In this document: positions 51,401 through 59,690 of the stretch, in pieces
Layout: every line of letters starts with the position of its first letter
Numbering within the stretch: position 1 is the stretch's first letter
NCBI GenBank assembly: GCA_965234725.1
Contig: CBDDUX010000008.1
Location: forward strand, 37,734-101,733
Direction of reading: 5' to 3'
Origin: Thermoplasmatota archaeon
GTDB taxonomy: Archaea > Thermoplasmatota > Penumbrarchaeia > Penumbrarchaeales > Penumbrarchaeaceae
DNA: 64,000 nucleotides
Notes under the pieces: model-generated
What the model was told of the DNA's origin: nothing
What the model saw: the letters and a program-made list of their open reading frames with translations, nothing else
Databases searched by the model: none
Translations under genes and position numbers: made by a program

Positions 51401-51557
51401 ATTCATCCGGTCTTCCATCCCCATCGTTATCGGTGATGATATTTTCAGACGATACCATCTTAATCATATCAGAAGAAATTCCATAGTAAATGGTCTCAAG
51501 CAATATTAACGAGACCAATATGGAGATCAACTTCCTTCCAACCTGCAAATAAACCAT
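48438..51557 (-). CDS. Clostripain-family (C11) cysteine peptidase with cadherin/Ig-like repeats and C-terminal TM
   Basis: WTFLVY..GD, EANMADP..L..FI.W, SHGDG (His), QSCLMGNLE (Cys), repeated N.PP...D.DGD Ig units, TM plus charged tail. Confidence 0.85.
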   Translation of the reverse strand: MVYLQVGRKLISILVSLILLETIYYGISSDMIKMVSSENIITDNDGDGRPDEFEIDQGLDEAENDIAWTFLVYCCGDDVPQGEKIGTLLPEMWEFIERLSWVGNTDSITLVVQFDGTDQLNGNHQDMFWNDIPNNMEKPDIAGTSTRRFLVGHDSMGWDPSIILQEDCTNNTLIDLYDVTDWDPKNTGKSHSSLEWEANMADPHTLFEFISWGMDTFTSDNYCLYIDSHGDGIHGFGYDHRPDQDPTTTVKDLMELEEIRTVADLLSQEEPPKELDIVMLQSCLMGNLEFCTEFSSFSRYYVASENLMHLTGNQDDKVLEKLDKDPSWSPSRLAREFIDVENFYSRDGITDPPWNIMDWNGNERLTFSSSNNSFLTTTDLLYQIRKMNTAILNGSNSDPGFYLPHLRDSFSPSNTDHYTNELGYIQIDYCSFLEYWTYLEGPDDGILSSIRDLSSNISKVLWNSDPNRRVIEYEKHDTGYFYKTLGIAVYCPSSGNEWLSARSFYDKSTFGERTLWGSILDLLHKNHPPLIEHIDKITAYPDETVYYTFNATDFNRDRVEVSINWTDTPFTLIIADYLSISFIANEEQTGVYPVLLKFEDGNGSHTDHYIEIEILPFNIPPVIEPVPIQNAYVDEEFHYQLHVSDENMEDFLSQWCESSINGNCWIDDDLILHIMPDEQDIGYGSVKIFLSDNNGSVVNITIIFNIMIRNLPPEGPDQLHFQVEAGDLEEHILNYSDPDGDMITIESTYGLPDWLGLSYENDLIINMHPMNDDLGSWEFTINLLDSRGGILEVSISIEILTSSTPHLLLSNTITLVERGDYDLELGTDYERNGTVQFEIISGREGFIHLQNNTMVLTPKDGDHGIYSLKIKTSIVGGAFSYSEHIILVEYNLSTLEVDVTISPEEEVYFVGDEIHVEFSYSGYDSSLDLRILFLEDGDLISSVNGSFGKFILQNASEFQIIIDLKDRGPQIDPIKIKVEEKQKKGDDPGISPILILIIALIIITGVAVVGLLAFLRFKKEKRELHIESDSDNGPEIQTY

Positions 51558-51593
51558 CCCTTACAGGAATAATATTCAAATCTATAATTATAA

Positions 51594-52508
51594 ATATATA
51601 ACGGTACAGAAGGGAGAACAAGTATTCCGCTTTGGATCCCGGATCATCCATGGTTTGAGAGAAGGATGGATTACAACATGACCCTGGTGATCAGGCATGG
51701 AGGTTTCCTTCCCAATACAACATACAATATCACCGTTTCAGGTGATGTTCTCACAAACAACGGATACAGGCTCTGGGGAGGGGACTATCTGTGGACCTTC
51801 AAAACTGGAACTGAGGTACTTTCATAGTGGCTTGTTTCCAAAGATGTTACCGTTGGAGATGACAGGACGGTCTCTATACAAGCAAATGGTGCTTCCAATA
51901 TCACTGTTTATTTCGTGGTTACCGGTGTTGACTCCTTCCTCCTGACCGAAGGACCGGAGGGAACCTTCATAGGAGAGGTTTTTGGAGATCAGCTGGATTG
52001 GGACACGACCTACCAGTATCATTTCTCGGATTCAGATGGAGGAGCGGACCTAGCAGCCACTTTATCCGGGACCTTTAAAACTCCGGTGGAACAGGTCTCA
52101 TGGGATCTGGACTCTGCAACCGTGGAATTGGATGATGACGGAAACTGGGTAGTTGAAGCAGAGGGTGGAGAAGGTCAGGATGTCTGGATAATAATCAGGG
52201 ATGTCGGGTCCTTCAAACTGGCTGAGGTTACACCAGGGTTATTCAAGATAACGATCCCTGCAAGTGAGTTTGATAAGGGGAAGGAATACGATTACTGGTT
52301 CTCGGATGAGGAAAACAGAGAGGACATGGAACCAGGCCTATCCGGGAGCCTGAAAACAAAGGAAGCCGGAGAGGATAATGGGACGAACCTTGGCTTGTAT
52401 CTCTGCCTTGGAACCATCGTCGTCCTTATCCTGATCCTCATCATTGTCGTTGTCTTGATCGCCTCAAGAAGGGGAAAAGGTTCCAAGGATGGCTGGGACG
52501 AAGAGTGA
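51594..52508 (+). pseudogene. 5'-truncated Ig-like surface-protein gene with in-frame TAG at 51825-51827
   Basis: Frame of ORF 51915-52508 continues upstream through TAG into an Ig-like segment (FLPNTTYNITVSG..YLWTFKTG); no signal peptide; C-terminal TM intact. Confidence 0.7.
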
Positions 52509-52652
52509 TCCTGGACAAAAACTGGAATTGTTCCTTTGAGATGTCCTTAGAGTGGGACGTTATAACGCATACGCCATTTCTCTGAAGAAGGCCCCATTGA
52601 GATCTAGAAAGTCCTTCGGTCTTGTGGTAATGATATCAGGTGCGTTGAGGTC

Positions 52653-53042
52653 CTATTCCTCTTCGTCCTCTTCTATGTTCAGTTCGATCAACTTTTCCAT
52701 GTTCTTGTTGAGATCGATCAGATGTTTCTCTATGGATGCACTGATCTCATGGATCGAGAAGAAAAGTATCCCTTGTTCGCAAAATATCCTCCAAAGAAGG
52801 TTCACTATCACGAAAGTGATGATCGTTGCGATCAACCATACGATGATCCCTACAGCAAGCATTCCACCTTCAAGGTCGAAGGCAAGGGTCCCTGTAACCG
52901 CTACAATGATCCCTCCAACGAATCCTACCAATAATGAAAGATTGATGAGGATCAATCCGATCACATGAATGGTCCTTACAATACCTGGTGTTATGAGCTT
53001 CCTGAAGGAAAAATACGCTCCTAGTCCCTTTGTTTTAGACAT
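52653..53042 (-). CDS. DUF4282-like membrane protein
   Basis: FSFRKLITP.IV...WRIFCE..ILFFSIHE pattern, two TM helices. Confidence 0.75.
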   Translation of the reverse strand: MSKTKGLGAYFSFRKLITPGIVRTIHVIGLILINLSLLVGFVGGIIVAVTGTLAFDLEGGMLAVGIIVWLIATIITFVIVNLLWRIFCEQGILFFSIHEISASIEKHLIDLNKNMEKLIELNIEEDEEE

Positions 53043-53142
53043 CGATTTGCCATCACCGATCGATAATTAATATCTATCCCTCAGATTACCGATCCTGTAA
53101 GTTGGGTATGATAAGTCTTATCTCCAACCTTGTGATGAGTGC

Positions 53143-53772
53143 TTGATGGATTGCCCTTTGTGCGGATCGGTCTCAATTCCCATTTTCCATGGGTTCGGAC
53201 GAAGATACCTGAGGTGTGATAACTGTCATGGGACCTTCATGGACATCGAATGCCAATTGTCTCAGGAAGAAAAATGGAACAGATACAGGAAACATCGAAA
53301 TGAAGTGTTGGATCCAGGGTATCAGAAATTCGTCAAACCTGTTTTCGATGCGGTCCTATCCTCATTCTCATCAGATGATAAAGGTCTTGATTTCGGATGC
53401 GGAGATGGACCTGTTATCAGTTATTTGCTTGAGAAGAATGGGTTCAGGATCGATCTCTATGATCCATGTTTCAGGGATGACAGGTCATATCTCTCAAAAG
53501 TATATGATTTCATCATATTATCCGAGGTGATGGAGCATTTTGAGGACCCTGCAAAGGAGTTCGAACTACTTTTTTCCCTACTGAAGCCTGATGGGAAGAT
53601 ATTCTGCTTGACGGAATTGATATCCGATGGAATCGATCTTGAGAAATGGAAATATTTGTCGGATGAGACCCATGTGTTTTTTTATGATGAGAGGACCCTG
53701 GATTACATTGCGAAAAGATTTGGAAATTCAAAATATTCTACAGATGGAAGACTGATAGTATTCTCGAAATAG
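53143..53772 (+). CDS. Class I SAM-dependent methyltransferase with N-terminal Zn-binding motif
   Basis: CPLC...CDNC, GLDFGCGDG, EVMEHF, DETHVFFY. Confidence 0.85.
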   Translation: MMDCPLCGSVSIPIFHGFGRRYLRCDNCHGTFMDIECQLSQEEKWNRYRKHRNEVLDPGYQKFVKPVFDAVLSSFSSDDKGLDFGCGDGPVISYLLEKNGFRIDLYDPCFRDDRSYLSKVYDFIILSEVMEHFEDPAKEFELLFSLLKPDGKIFCLTELISDGIDLEKWKYLSDETHVFFYDERTLDYIAKRFGNSKYSTDGRLIVFSK

Positions 53773-53856
53773 ATGTGATATGCACACCTTTTAATTTTAC
53801 TATCTTCTAAATTTAGAAAGGATAAACCCTATATTTCTTGAACTTGTTCAACTTGC

Positions 53857-55152
53857 ATGGGGCATCAGACTTCCGCATCCTTTTTTAAATTACAGAAGAG
53901 GTTGGATCTATCGACCCAGGGAGCTCCTGCCTCTGATACCCTCTTCAAGATATTGGAGGTCCTTTTTTCCGAAGAAGAGGCTGAACTTGTTTCCAAGCTG
54001 CCCCTTGTCCCATTTTCCGTGGATGAAGCCGCAAAGCTGTGGAAGATGAATGGAGAAGATACCTTCAAGATCCTGGATGGGCTTTCAGATAAGGGCATAC
54101 TTTTTGACTCTGAAAGGGAAGAGGGCCACTTCTACTTCCTCGCTCCGACAATGGCAGGTTTCTTCGAATTCTCACTGATGAGGACCGATGGGAAGTTCGA
54201 TAGAAAGGTGCTTTCTGAACTCTATTATCAATACATCAATGTAGAGGAGGATTTTCTTCATCAGGTCCTCGCGATCGAACCACCGATCGACAGGGTTTTC
54301 GTACATGAGGACCAGGTTGGTAGAGAGCTTGTGATCCTGGATTACGAGAAGGCCACGGAGGTGATCGATTCTGCCAGCTGCATCACCGTAGGGACATGCT
54401 ATTGCAGACACAAAATGGAGCATTTGGGGAAAGCCTGTGACTATCCTCAGGATGTTTGTCTCACTTTCAACGGATCTGCCAAGACATTGTCCAAACATGG
54501 AATTGCAAAGGAGATCTCCAAAGAAGAGGCAAGGAAGATACTCGATCATGTTCGGGAGATCGGACTCGTTCAGATAGGTGACAACGTTCAAACCGGAGTG
54601 AACTGGATATGCAACTGCTGTTCATGCTGTTGCGAGGCGATCCAGGGATACAAGAGGTTGGGATACATGCCCAAAGTGAATTCGAACTTCCAACCGGAGA
54701 TCAAGGCCACAAATTGTACCGGATGTGGAATATGTGCTGGAAGGTGTCCAGTGGATGCAATAGCGATCAAGGAAGGGAAGGCGGTCGTTGATATTGGAAT
54801 ATGCTTCGGATGTGGAGTATGTTCCAGGTTCTGTCCCGGTTCCGCCATCGAAATGGTCAGAAGAGAAACAACAAGGTTCGTTCCAAAGGATTCAATGGAA
54901 AGGATCGTGATGAATGCCATCGAATCTGGAAAACTTCAAAACTACCTATTCAAGAACCAGGATCTTTGGACCTACGATTCCATGAGGAAGTTCATTGGTG
55001 TATTATTGGGACTACCACCTGCGAAATGGGCCCTTGCCAACGACCAGCTGAGATCTAGGTTCCTCACATCGTATGCAAGGAGGATGTACAAGAAAGACCC
55101 CTCTATGTTCGGAAACAGGGAACCAGATTATTCCCATCCTGAACTGGGTTGA
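53857..55152 (+). CDS. Multi-cluster Fe-S protein with a 2x[4Fe-4S] ferredoxin domain
   Basis: CYCR, ICNCCSCCC, CTGCGICAGRCP and CFGCGVCSRFCP. Confidence 0.85.
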   Translation: MGHQTSASFFKLQKRLDLSTQGAPASDTLFKILEVLFSEEEAELVSKLPLVPFSVDEAAKLWKMNGEDTFKILDGLSDKGILFDSEREEGHFYFLAPTMAGFFEFSLMRTDGKFDRKVLSELYYQYINVEEDFLHQVLAIEPPIDRVFVHEDQVGRELVILDYEKATEVIDSASCITVGTCYCRHKMEHLGKACDYPQDVCLTFNGSAKTLSKHGIAKEISKEEARKILDHVREIGLVQIGDNVQTGVNWICNCCSCCCEAIQGYKRLGYMPKVNSNFQPEIKATNCTGCGICAGRCPVDAIAIKEGKAVVDIGICFGCGVCSRFCPGSAIEMVRRETTRFVPKDSMERIVMNAIESGKLQNYLFKNQDLWTYDSMRKFIGVLLGLPPAKWALANDQLRSRFLTSYARRMYKKDPSMFGNREPDYSHPELG

Positions 55153-55291
55153 AGTTATTTTTTGATTTGAACGGAAGATGATCAAGGTCTATCGGTATTT
55201 TTATTCCATCGATATTTAAAGATTGCTCACTATTGATAAGCAAGGTGATTAAATGAGATATACCTAACACGTTATGAAGTTAGGTGATACC

Positions 55292-56215
55292 ATGAAGCGA
55301 AGACCAATACCAAGGATGTCGTTTTCAATTGTTCCATTCTCATTCATCATGGTCTTCTTTCTCATTTTCCTCATCCAGACCGCTCCATGTACGAATGGAG
55401 CCGGAACAGATACGGAAATGAGATCAGGTTCTAGCTTCAACTATTACAAGGATGGTACCATTGAGCGTTTCACAATTTGGATCGAGTTCCCAGAACCAAT
55501 AGATACTGACCTTGCCAACTCCAGTATAAGTTTGTACGTCCCCGGGAACCAGGATTGGACCCTTGATAGCTCGGATTTCCCCTATTATTACCAATGGAGC
55601 ATGAATAACAGTAAGGTTGAGATCGACTCCGGGTCCGTTGACCTCTCGGATGATGATATTCACTCGCTGACGGTCACGATCCCGACACCGATAAGGTCCA
55701 AAGATGGTGCCCTCCTATGGGAGGATAGGTCCGAGATCAACCTGGCCTTCGGGAATATCAATGATCTGGATTTCGGGTACAGTCCCATGGAGATATTGAT
55801 CACTTTCTTCCTTCCATTTTTCATCTTGGTCCTGGTTTTGATCGGGATCGAAATTATACTTCGGTTTATCGTGAAGGGGCGGAAAGAGGACATCATAAGT
55901 TCCTCATCCGAGACCCTCCTTCGGCTCATTGACAAGTCCGACAGGTGGCTCAGAAGAAGGATGATAATAACGATGTTCCTCACTTTCCTGGTGGTCCTGG
56001 CCTACATTTCCGTCGTTATGATAGCATTGATCAATGCTATGTTCGCCATGGTCATGACATGGATCATTGTACTTTTCCTGACACCATGGGTGATTCTCAT
56101 TATCACATCGTGTCTTTTCTTCTTTTTCCGGAAGGAGGACCTTACTTGGAGAAAGAAATTGAAAACCCTAAGGGGACAACAGCAGGATTTCCTTAAAGGT
56201 CTGGAACAGGAGTGA
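55292..56215 (+). CDS. Membrane protein: signal helix, extracellular Ig-like domain, three further TM helices, C-terminal coil
   Basis: Hydrophobicity pattern; IEFPEPIDT Ig-like start; GGTGAT SD before ATG 55292. Confidence 0.72.
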   Translation: MKRRPIPRMSFSIVPFSFIMVFFLIFLIQTAPCTNGAGTDTEMRSGSSFNYYKDGTIERFTIWIEFPEPIDTDLANSSISLYVPGNQDWTLDSSDFPYYYQWSMNNSKVEIDSGSVDLSDDDIHSLTVTIPTPIRSKDGALLWEDRSEINLAFGNINDLDFGYSPMEILITFFLPFFILVLVLIGIEIILRFIVKGRKEDIISSSSETLLRLIDKSDRWLRRRMIITMFLTFLVVLAYISVVMIALINAMFAMVMTWIIVLFLTPWVILIITSCLFFFFRKEDLTWRKKLKTLRGQQQDFLKGLEQE

Positions 56216-56219
56216 TCAA

Positions 56220-56510
56220 TTGGAGGTTAAAGGTTCGGAGATCAAAAGACCTGACATATACGTCATTGCCAGGTTCCTGGAGAAGCTCTGGACCTCTGGA
56301 AGGCCGATAAAGAAGACCCGGCTTCAAATGTCCGTAGGATTGAACTACGGGACGTTTAAAAAATACCTGAACTGGCTGCTGGCCCGCGAATTGGTCGTCA
56401 TCTCAATTGAGAAAGGCGAATCCGAACATGTTTGTCTTACTAAAAAGGGTCTGGAATCGTATGAGACCATTGTCAACTGGATAAACAGTATGATACCTGG
56501 TGAGCTCTGA
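56220..56510 (+). CDS. Small archaeal winged-HTH transcription regulator
   Basis: KKTRLQMSVGLNYGTFKKYLNWL...LTKKG wHTH pattern; TTG start 4 nt after the upstream stop. Confidence 0.82.
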   Translation: MEVKGSEIKRPDIYVIARFLEKLWTSGRPIKKTRLQMSVGLNYGTFKKYLNWLLARELVVISIEKGESEHVCLTKKGLESYETIVNWINSMIPGEL

Positions 56511-56613
56511 TCTATCGGGTTGTTTTTCTTTATAAATATTCCTCATCCTCGATACGTAATCACGGTGAGGTTTCGATTTATATACTACCTCATTTCCGAA
56601 CCATGGTGCTAAA

Positions 56614-57804
56614 ATGGTCGAACTGAAAACAATCAGGAAGATGGTGCGGCTATCTGAATGCATAGGGCTCTTCATGGTCGTCATGATGGTCATTCCCCTG
56701 GGATCGGTCCGAGGGGAGGCCGGTAATGATGATGTGATAGGGGAAATGATCCCTCTAAATGTAGGTGACTTCTTCGATTATGAACTGGATATCACTAACA
56801 TGGTCCAGAACATGATCGATGAGGAAGGGAGCGAGACCGCCTATTTCGAGGATATCAGTACGAATTACAAGGTCTCAGTGGAGAGTATTGAAACGATAAA
56901 GGTCGGAGATACCGACATTGAGACCTACGTCCTGAAAAAAGAGATCATGATGAAATATACCATAGTTGACCCGGAACAGGATCTCCAGTCCCTGATGGAC
57001 CTGAGTGTCAATGGCAGAGAATGGATCAGCAAAGAATCCTTCAGGACCGTTGGTTCAGAGGAGACATCGATTTCCATCATGACGATAAATTATGGTGAGA
57101 GTATGGGCTCATTTTCCACTGTGATAGAATCCGAGACCGTTACAAAGGATACCTTTGAAGAGACAGATGCTGACAACGGATATCTGCTCCAGACAGGTAA
57201 GAAATGGTCCTTGACAGATACCTACACCTCTGAAATTGCAGAGAAGTCCAGGTACAAGTATGACACCGAACCCTTCTCCGATTGGGAAACCTTCACCATG
57301 GAGGATACTATCATTGAACCGAACGATTACGAGGTATTATCTTATGATGAGGTGGAAACCCCGGCGGGGACCTTCAAGGCATTTCAGATCACATCTCAGG
57401 TCCCTGGAGAATTTGAAAGTGAGATCGAGTTCAGGGATCAATATGGTATGATCGTTCAGATGGAGACCTACATCGATGGCAATCCGGATATGGTCATGAA
57501 GCTCAAGGAATGGAAGATGGAAGGCCTGAAAGATACCGACGGGGATGGTATCATTGATGTAAAGGATGCATTCCCAATTGACAAGGCTGCAAGTGTGGAT
57601 GCTGATAAAGATGGATACCCTGATTCCTGGAACGAAGGAATGTCTGAGAAAGATTCCACCACTTCTCTGGTCCTTGATAAATGCCCCAATGATCCGACGA
57701 ATTGGACAAAACCCAGTGACTCACCTCTGGGTCCTATTATACTCATGGTATGCCTGGTCCTGGGAACCATTGGATTCTTTGTAGTCAGAAAGAGATCTGG
57801 CTGA
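56614..57804 (+). CDS. Secreted acidic protein with TSP3-like Ca-binding repeats and C-terminal DSP-TM-basic anchor
   Basis: Signal peptide, VETPAGTF, DTDGDGIIDVKDAFP / DADKDGYPD, tail DSPLG-TM-RKR. Confidence 0.78.
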   Translation: MVELKTIRKMVRLSECIGLFMVVMMVIPLGSVRGEAGNDDVIGEMIPLNVGDFFDYELDITNMVQNMIDEEGSETAYFEDISTNYKVSVESIETIKVGDTDIETYVLKKEIMMKYTIVDPEQDLQSLMDLSVNGREWISKESFRTVGSEETSISIMTINYGESMGSFSTVIESETVTKDTFEETDADNGYLLQTGKKWSLTDTYTSEIAEKSRYKYDTEPFSDWETFTMEDTIIEPNDYEVLSYDEVETPAGTFKAFQITSQVPGEFESEIEFRDQYGMIVQMETYIDGNPDMVMKLKEWKMEGLKDTDGDGIIDVKDAFPIDKAASVDADKDGYPDSWNEGMSEKDSTTSLVLDKCPNDPTNWTKPSDSPLGPIILMVCLVLGTIGFFVVRKRSG

Positions 57805-57902
57805 ATGGGTTGATGAACATCGTATCTTGAGGGTCGATTTGGATCCGATGAAAGATTATCTTTTTTTTATGAATACCAGAGAAAGGCCATGTTCCAATTC
57901 AA

Positions 57903-58385
57903 TTATCCATTCCTTCTTTCTGCAAGGATGAATACTCCGATCATGAGGATGAGGATGGGAGCCAGTATTATAGATCCACATCCTTTTTTGCTGTTATCAT
58001 TATTATCATCATCATCCGGTGAATCCTCTCCTACCAGGAAGGAGAAGCTGATCCTTACTTCGCCGTTTGGTTCTGTTGTGGAATCGCTCACCCTCACACC
58101 GCCATTAACGATGATGGATGCCTTCAATTCATTGTTGCTATCGTCCCCTTTTGTGACTATGACATAGATGATGTCCCCCTCTAAATCAAAATCCCGATCT
58201 CCCTCCCACTCTATCTGCTGTGTTTCGTCTCCCCTGATCGATCCGTAATATGGTCCGGAGTACTCTATTCTTACAGTAGCCTTATGCTCCAGACCATCAG
58301 ATCCTGATGGAATGAATGCAAAGGACATAATCACAATGAACAGGACCGCTCCAGTGGTTATCATTATACTTCCCATGGTTCTCAT
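57903..58385 (-). CDS. Small secreted protein with Cys-containing C-terminal TM anchor
   Basis: Signal helix, small beta domain, acidic linker, KKGCGS-TM-ERR. Confidence 0.72.
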   Translation of the reverse strand: MRTMGSIMITTGAVLFIVIMSFAFIPSGSDGLEHKATVRIEYSGPYYGSIRGDETQQIEWEGDRDFDLEGDIIYVIVTKGDDSNNELKASIIVNGGVRVSDSTTEPNGEVRISFSFLVGEDSPDDDDNNDNSKKGCGSIILAPILILMIGVFILAERRNG

Positions 58386-58551
58386 TCAAGGTTCCCCCTA
58401 TGGAATTATTTTCAATAAGTATGAAGATTGATCTGTTTTAATATAATTTTCCATGGAGCAATGAGGATCACCATACTCAATGGACCACAATACATATGTT
58501 AAAAATAGATTTCTCTAAGATATTGGACTCTTTGTTCGATTTCTCTTCAGA

Positions 58552-59406
58552 TCATTTAGATCCATCAATATTTCCCGAATCTCCCCTCCCCTCTATAACA
58601 TCAACAATTCTCTGACAGAACAGAGGAGCGATCCTCCTCGAGAAATCCTCATTCGGATGGGAGTTGGAGGGGTCCTTTGCATATTCATCTTTGAGATAGA
58701 GGCCCCCTTCTGTTTCAAGTGACTGGAAGTCCCAGATGAAGATATTGTCACCTTTCTCATCCCATTCTTCCCTTACCCAATCGAAGAATTCCTTCGCTCT
58801 CACCGCAGCAGGTTCATCGGTATTATCTTTCACCAGAGAAGCTCCAGTCCAGACGATGAACTTTGTCTCAGGGAATTCCTTCATCTTCTCCTTCAGGGCC
58901 TTGTACTGGACTTTGTAATTGCCAATGGTCTTCCTGTTGGAGGTAATATCCGGCTCTCCATTATCAGGTTCAATGTTCGAGCAAGGGAAGCAGTGCTTCC
59001 AAATGACCACATCAAATTTCTTCGTGATCATCTCCAGGGTCGGTTCATCCTTATAGGGTTTATCACCTGTGTTATCGACCCATATTTTCCAGTAGTCAAA
59101 GGGATAGTTGTTCCATCCATATGGTGTCCTTTTTGGGAGATCCTGGTCCACGATTGAATAGTTTGTATCATGGTCCATATTATACTTCTCGAACCACTCC
59201 TTGACCCCGCCTTTCCAGATATTCCTTCCAGTGCTGTGGTGAAAGAACAATATATTGATATCCGCATTGGGATCGTTTTCCTTTAAAACAGGCTGTTTCT
59301 TAGTGAAAAGGAGGTCTTTCCAACCTGACCTCAAGCCTGCAAAGATCGGTATGACCATGATCATCAACACAGAGATCGCGATGATCATTACTGCTTCGAC
59401 CATCAT
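58552..59406 (-). CDS. Membrane-anchored hypothetical protein, possibly SGNH-hydrolase-like
   Basis: N-terminal TM, FFHHSTG near the N-terminus and SHPN near the C-terminus. Confidence 0.65.
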   Translation of the reverse strand: MMVEAVMIIAISVLMIMVIPIFAGLRSGWKDLLFTKKQPVLKENDPNADINILFFHHSTGRNIWKGGVKEWFEKYNMDHDTNYSIVDQDLPKRTPYGWNNYPFDYWKIWVDNTGDKPYKDEPTLEMITKKFDVVIWKHCFPCSNIEPDNGEPDITSNRKTIGNYKVQYKALKEKMKEFPETKFIVWTGASLVKDNTDEPAAVRAKEFFDWVREEWDEKGDNIFIWDFQSLETEGGLYLKDEYAKDPSNSHPNEDFSRRIAPLFCQRIVDVIEGRGDSGNIDGSK

Positions 59407-59690
59407 ATTTTCACCTTGAAAGAATACGGAGCTCTATGATGTATCTTTTGAGATAGATCTGAGGACCTGCCTTAAGTCATTACATGGACCATTATAATTC
59501 TTATTGAGGTTCAGGTCCAATAACACCTCAAAATAAAATTGTGTAAGAAATGTAATTGTTCCTTAAGAGATATTCACCTCATTCTTGTCAAATTCTGAAA
59601 TTGACTTTTAATTTCTATGGACTCTTGAGAAAAGCACTGGTGAGGATGATCGCCATCAAGAAGATCTATAATTTTAAAGGGGGACCTGAA

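Noticed and set aside
51825-51827. Pyrrolysine readthrough of TAG
   Set aside because: The codon aligns with Trp in the internal repeat, the gene is also 5'-truncated, TAG terminates glyA normally, and no pyl genes are in view
59407-59690. Cobalamin riboswitch upstream of the B12 radical-SAM gene
   Set aside because: Only GACCTGCC and short inverted repeats are seen; the core GGGAA/B12-box elements are absent
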